From an uncultured Cytophagales bacterium (lineage in GTDB: Bacteria; Bacteroidota; Bacteroidia; Cytophagales; Bernardetiaceae), in assembly GCA_963761725.1 (NCBI GenBank), contig CAVXHP010000006.1, forward strand, positions 253,534-317,533: a DNA stretch of 64,000 nucleotides, written 5' to 3'. The translations under genes were made by a program, and so were the position numbers. Below, piece after piece: positions 63,009-64,000 of this stretch (positions within the stretch are counted from its first letter, which is position 1; each line of letters opens with the position of its first letter). The notes under the pieces are model-generated. The model was not told the DNA's origin, made no database searches, and was given only the letters and a program-made list of their open reading frames with translations.

Positions 63009-64000
63009 ATGAAATTCCCAATTTACTTTCTCATTTTAATTTCTATTCTCTTTCTTGTAGTAATTTCTTGTACAAATTCTCAAAAAGAAACTTCTCCAAA
63101 TAGCAACCTTCAAGAAGCTAGAAATCCATTCCAAGAAATAGAAAAAATCTATCTTGCGAATATAGAAAACGCTATCAAAAACTTAGAAGCTACCAAAACT
63201 ACGCTCAATTTCATAGATAAAGATACGGCTTATAATAAAGTTCATATCCAAAAAAGCCAAGAACATTACAGAGAAGCCAGAAATAGTTTTAAGAAAATAG
63301 AACCCATTTTATCTTTTGTAGATGCCAATAATTACAAGACACTTATTTCTCCAAATATTCTGAAAGTAGAAGAAGAAGATGCAACAGATATTAAAATAAA
63401 TGAACCTTTCGGTTTTCAGGTATTAGAAGAACTATTATTTTTAGAAATAAATCCGAATGGAAATAATGAAGAAAAGCTAATCCAAAAAGTTCAAGACAAT
63501 GCAGACAAAACACTTCAACGCCTTCGATTGATTGAAAGAAATACAGACCTTTCTGTTTATAAAAATTATCATTTTCTGTGGCTTTTTAGAGATGCCATCT
63601 TTAGAGTAGCTCTGACAGGAATTACAGGTTTTGATTCGCCTTCTGGAATTTCTCTTGAGGATAATAAAATTGTTTATCAAGAATTAGAAAACTATTTATC
63701 CTTTTTTGAAACGAACTTTGAAAATACAAACCTGTTTCAAGAATGGAAAGAATCATTACAAAAAAGTACGGAATTTTTGAACGAAAATAATGGAACTAAC
63801 TTCGAAAACTTTGACAGATATTCCTTCATTAAAAATCATACAGAAGCACAAATCAAACTTTGGAACAAAACAGTAAAGGATTGGAATATTACTTTTCCAT
63901 TAGAACTCGCCATTCAGAACAATACAACATCGCTTTTTTCAGATTCTACCTTTAATCTAAATTTCTTTTCTGACCAACAATTAGGACAAATTTCTCAAGA
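63009..64000 (+). CDS. Hypothetical lipoprotein (3' end cut by window edge)
   Basis: ATG at 63009 encodes MKFPIYFLILISILFLVVISC (lipobox). The frame stays open to the window end (330 codons). Confidence 0.6.
   Translation, partial: MKFPIYFLILISILFLVVISCTNSQKETSPNSNLQEARNPFQEIEKIYLANIENAIKNLEATKTTLNFIDKDTAYNKVHIQKSQEHYREARNSFKKIEPILSFVDANNYKTLISPNILKVEEEDATDIKINEPFGFQVLEELLFLEINPNGNNEEKLIQKVQDNADKTLQRLRLIERNTDLSVYKNYHFLWLFRDAIFRVALTGITGFDSPSGISLEDNKIVYQELENYLSFFETNFENTNLFQEWKESLQKSTEFLNENNGTNFENFDRYSFIKNHTEAQIKLWNKTVKDWNITFPLELAIQNNTTSLFSDSTFNLNFFSDQQLGQISQ

Overview
AT-rich (about 30% GC by eye) chromosomal segment. Its gene content fits a Bacteroidota/Cytophagia-type organism: an alternative complex III operon, gldD, T9SS C-terminal sorting domains, an ECF sigma cassette and DUF3667/NRDE-type genes. 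The species cannot be verified from this window.

Housekeeping genes (actAB, holB, def, sucD, hisS, a Leu/Val dehydrogenase, scpA) are interspersed with toxin-antitoxin loci, one IS5-family element and two families of short intergenic repeats.

The dominant feature is a roughly 15.2 kb integrated island (24870-40099). It is bounded by a 31-bp perfect direct repeat, has a tyrosine integrase at its left end, and sits in the region upstream of sucD.

Island contents:
(i) A cargo cluster: a PF10014-like 2OG-Fe dioxygenase, a CsaA-like tRNA-binding protein, an XRE-HTH protein, a YkgJ Cys-cluster protein and a PotABCD-like importer.
(ii) A plasmid-like replicon block: an HTH protein, an iteron origin, a Rep_3-like initiator and a MazF/PemK-like toxin. 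All three ORFs are continuous only if TGA is read as a sense codon (12 in-frame TGA, no in-frame TAA/TAG, no frameshifts, all three end in TAA). Conserved-motif context favours TGA=Gly (table 25-like). Neighbouring island genes use TGA as a stop.
(iii) A three-gene cassette: a 453-aa protein with a C-terminal Mrr/PD-(D/E)xK-like nuclease signature plus two small tandem paralogues. It is wedged between two diverged copies of the toxin gene 3' end and is a candidate uncharacterised defence module.
(iv) A second single-gene cassette bracketed by a 38-bp hairpin-containing repeat.

Several host genes carry lesions. hmgA has an in-frame TGA and a ViaA-like gene has an in-frame TAG. A ClC channel gene, potD and hisS each have a +1 homopolymer frameshift. 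Because hisS is essential, these three frameshifts are best treated as likely sequence errors until checked.

No tRNA, rRNA or CRISPR array was found.
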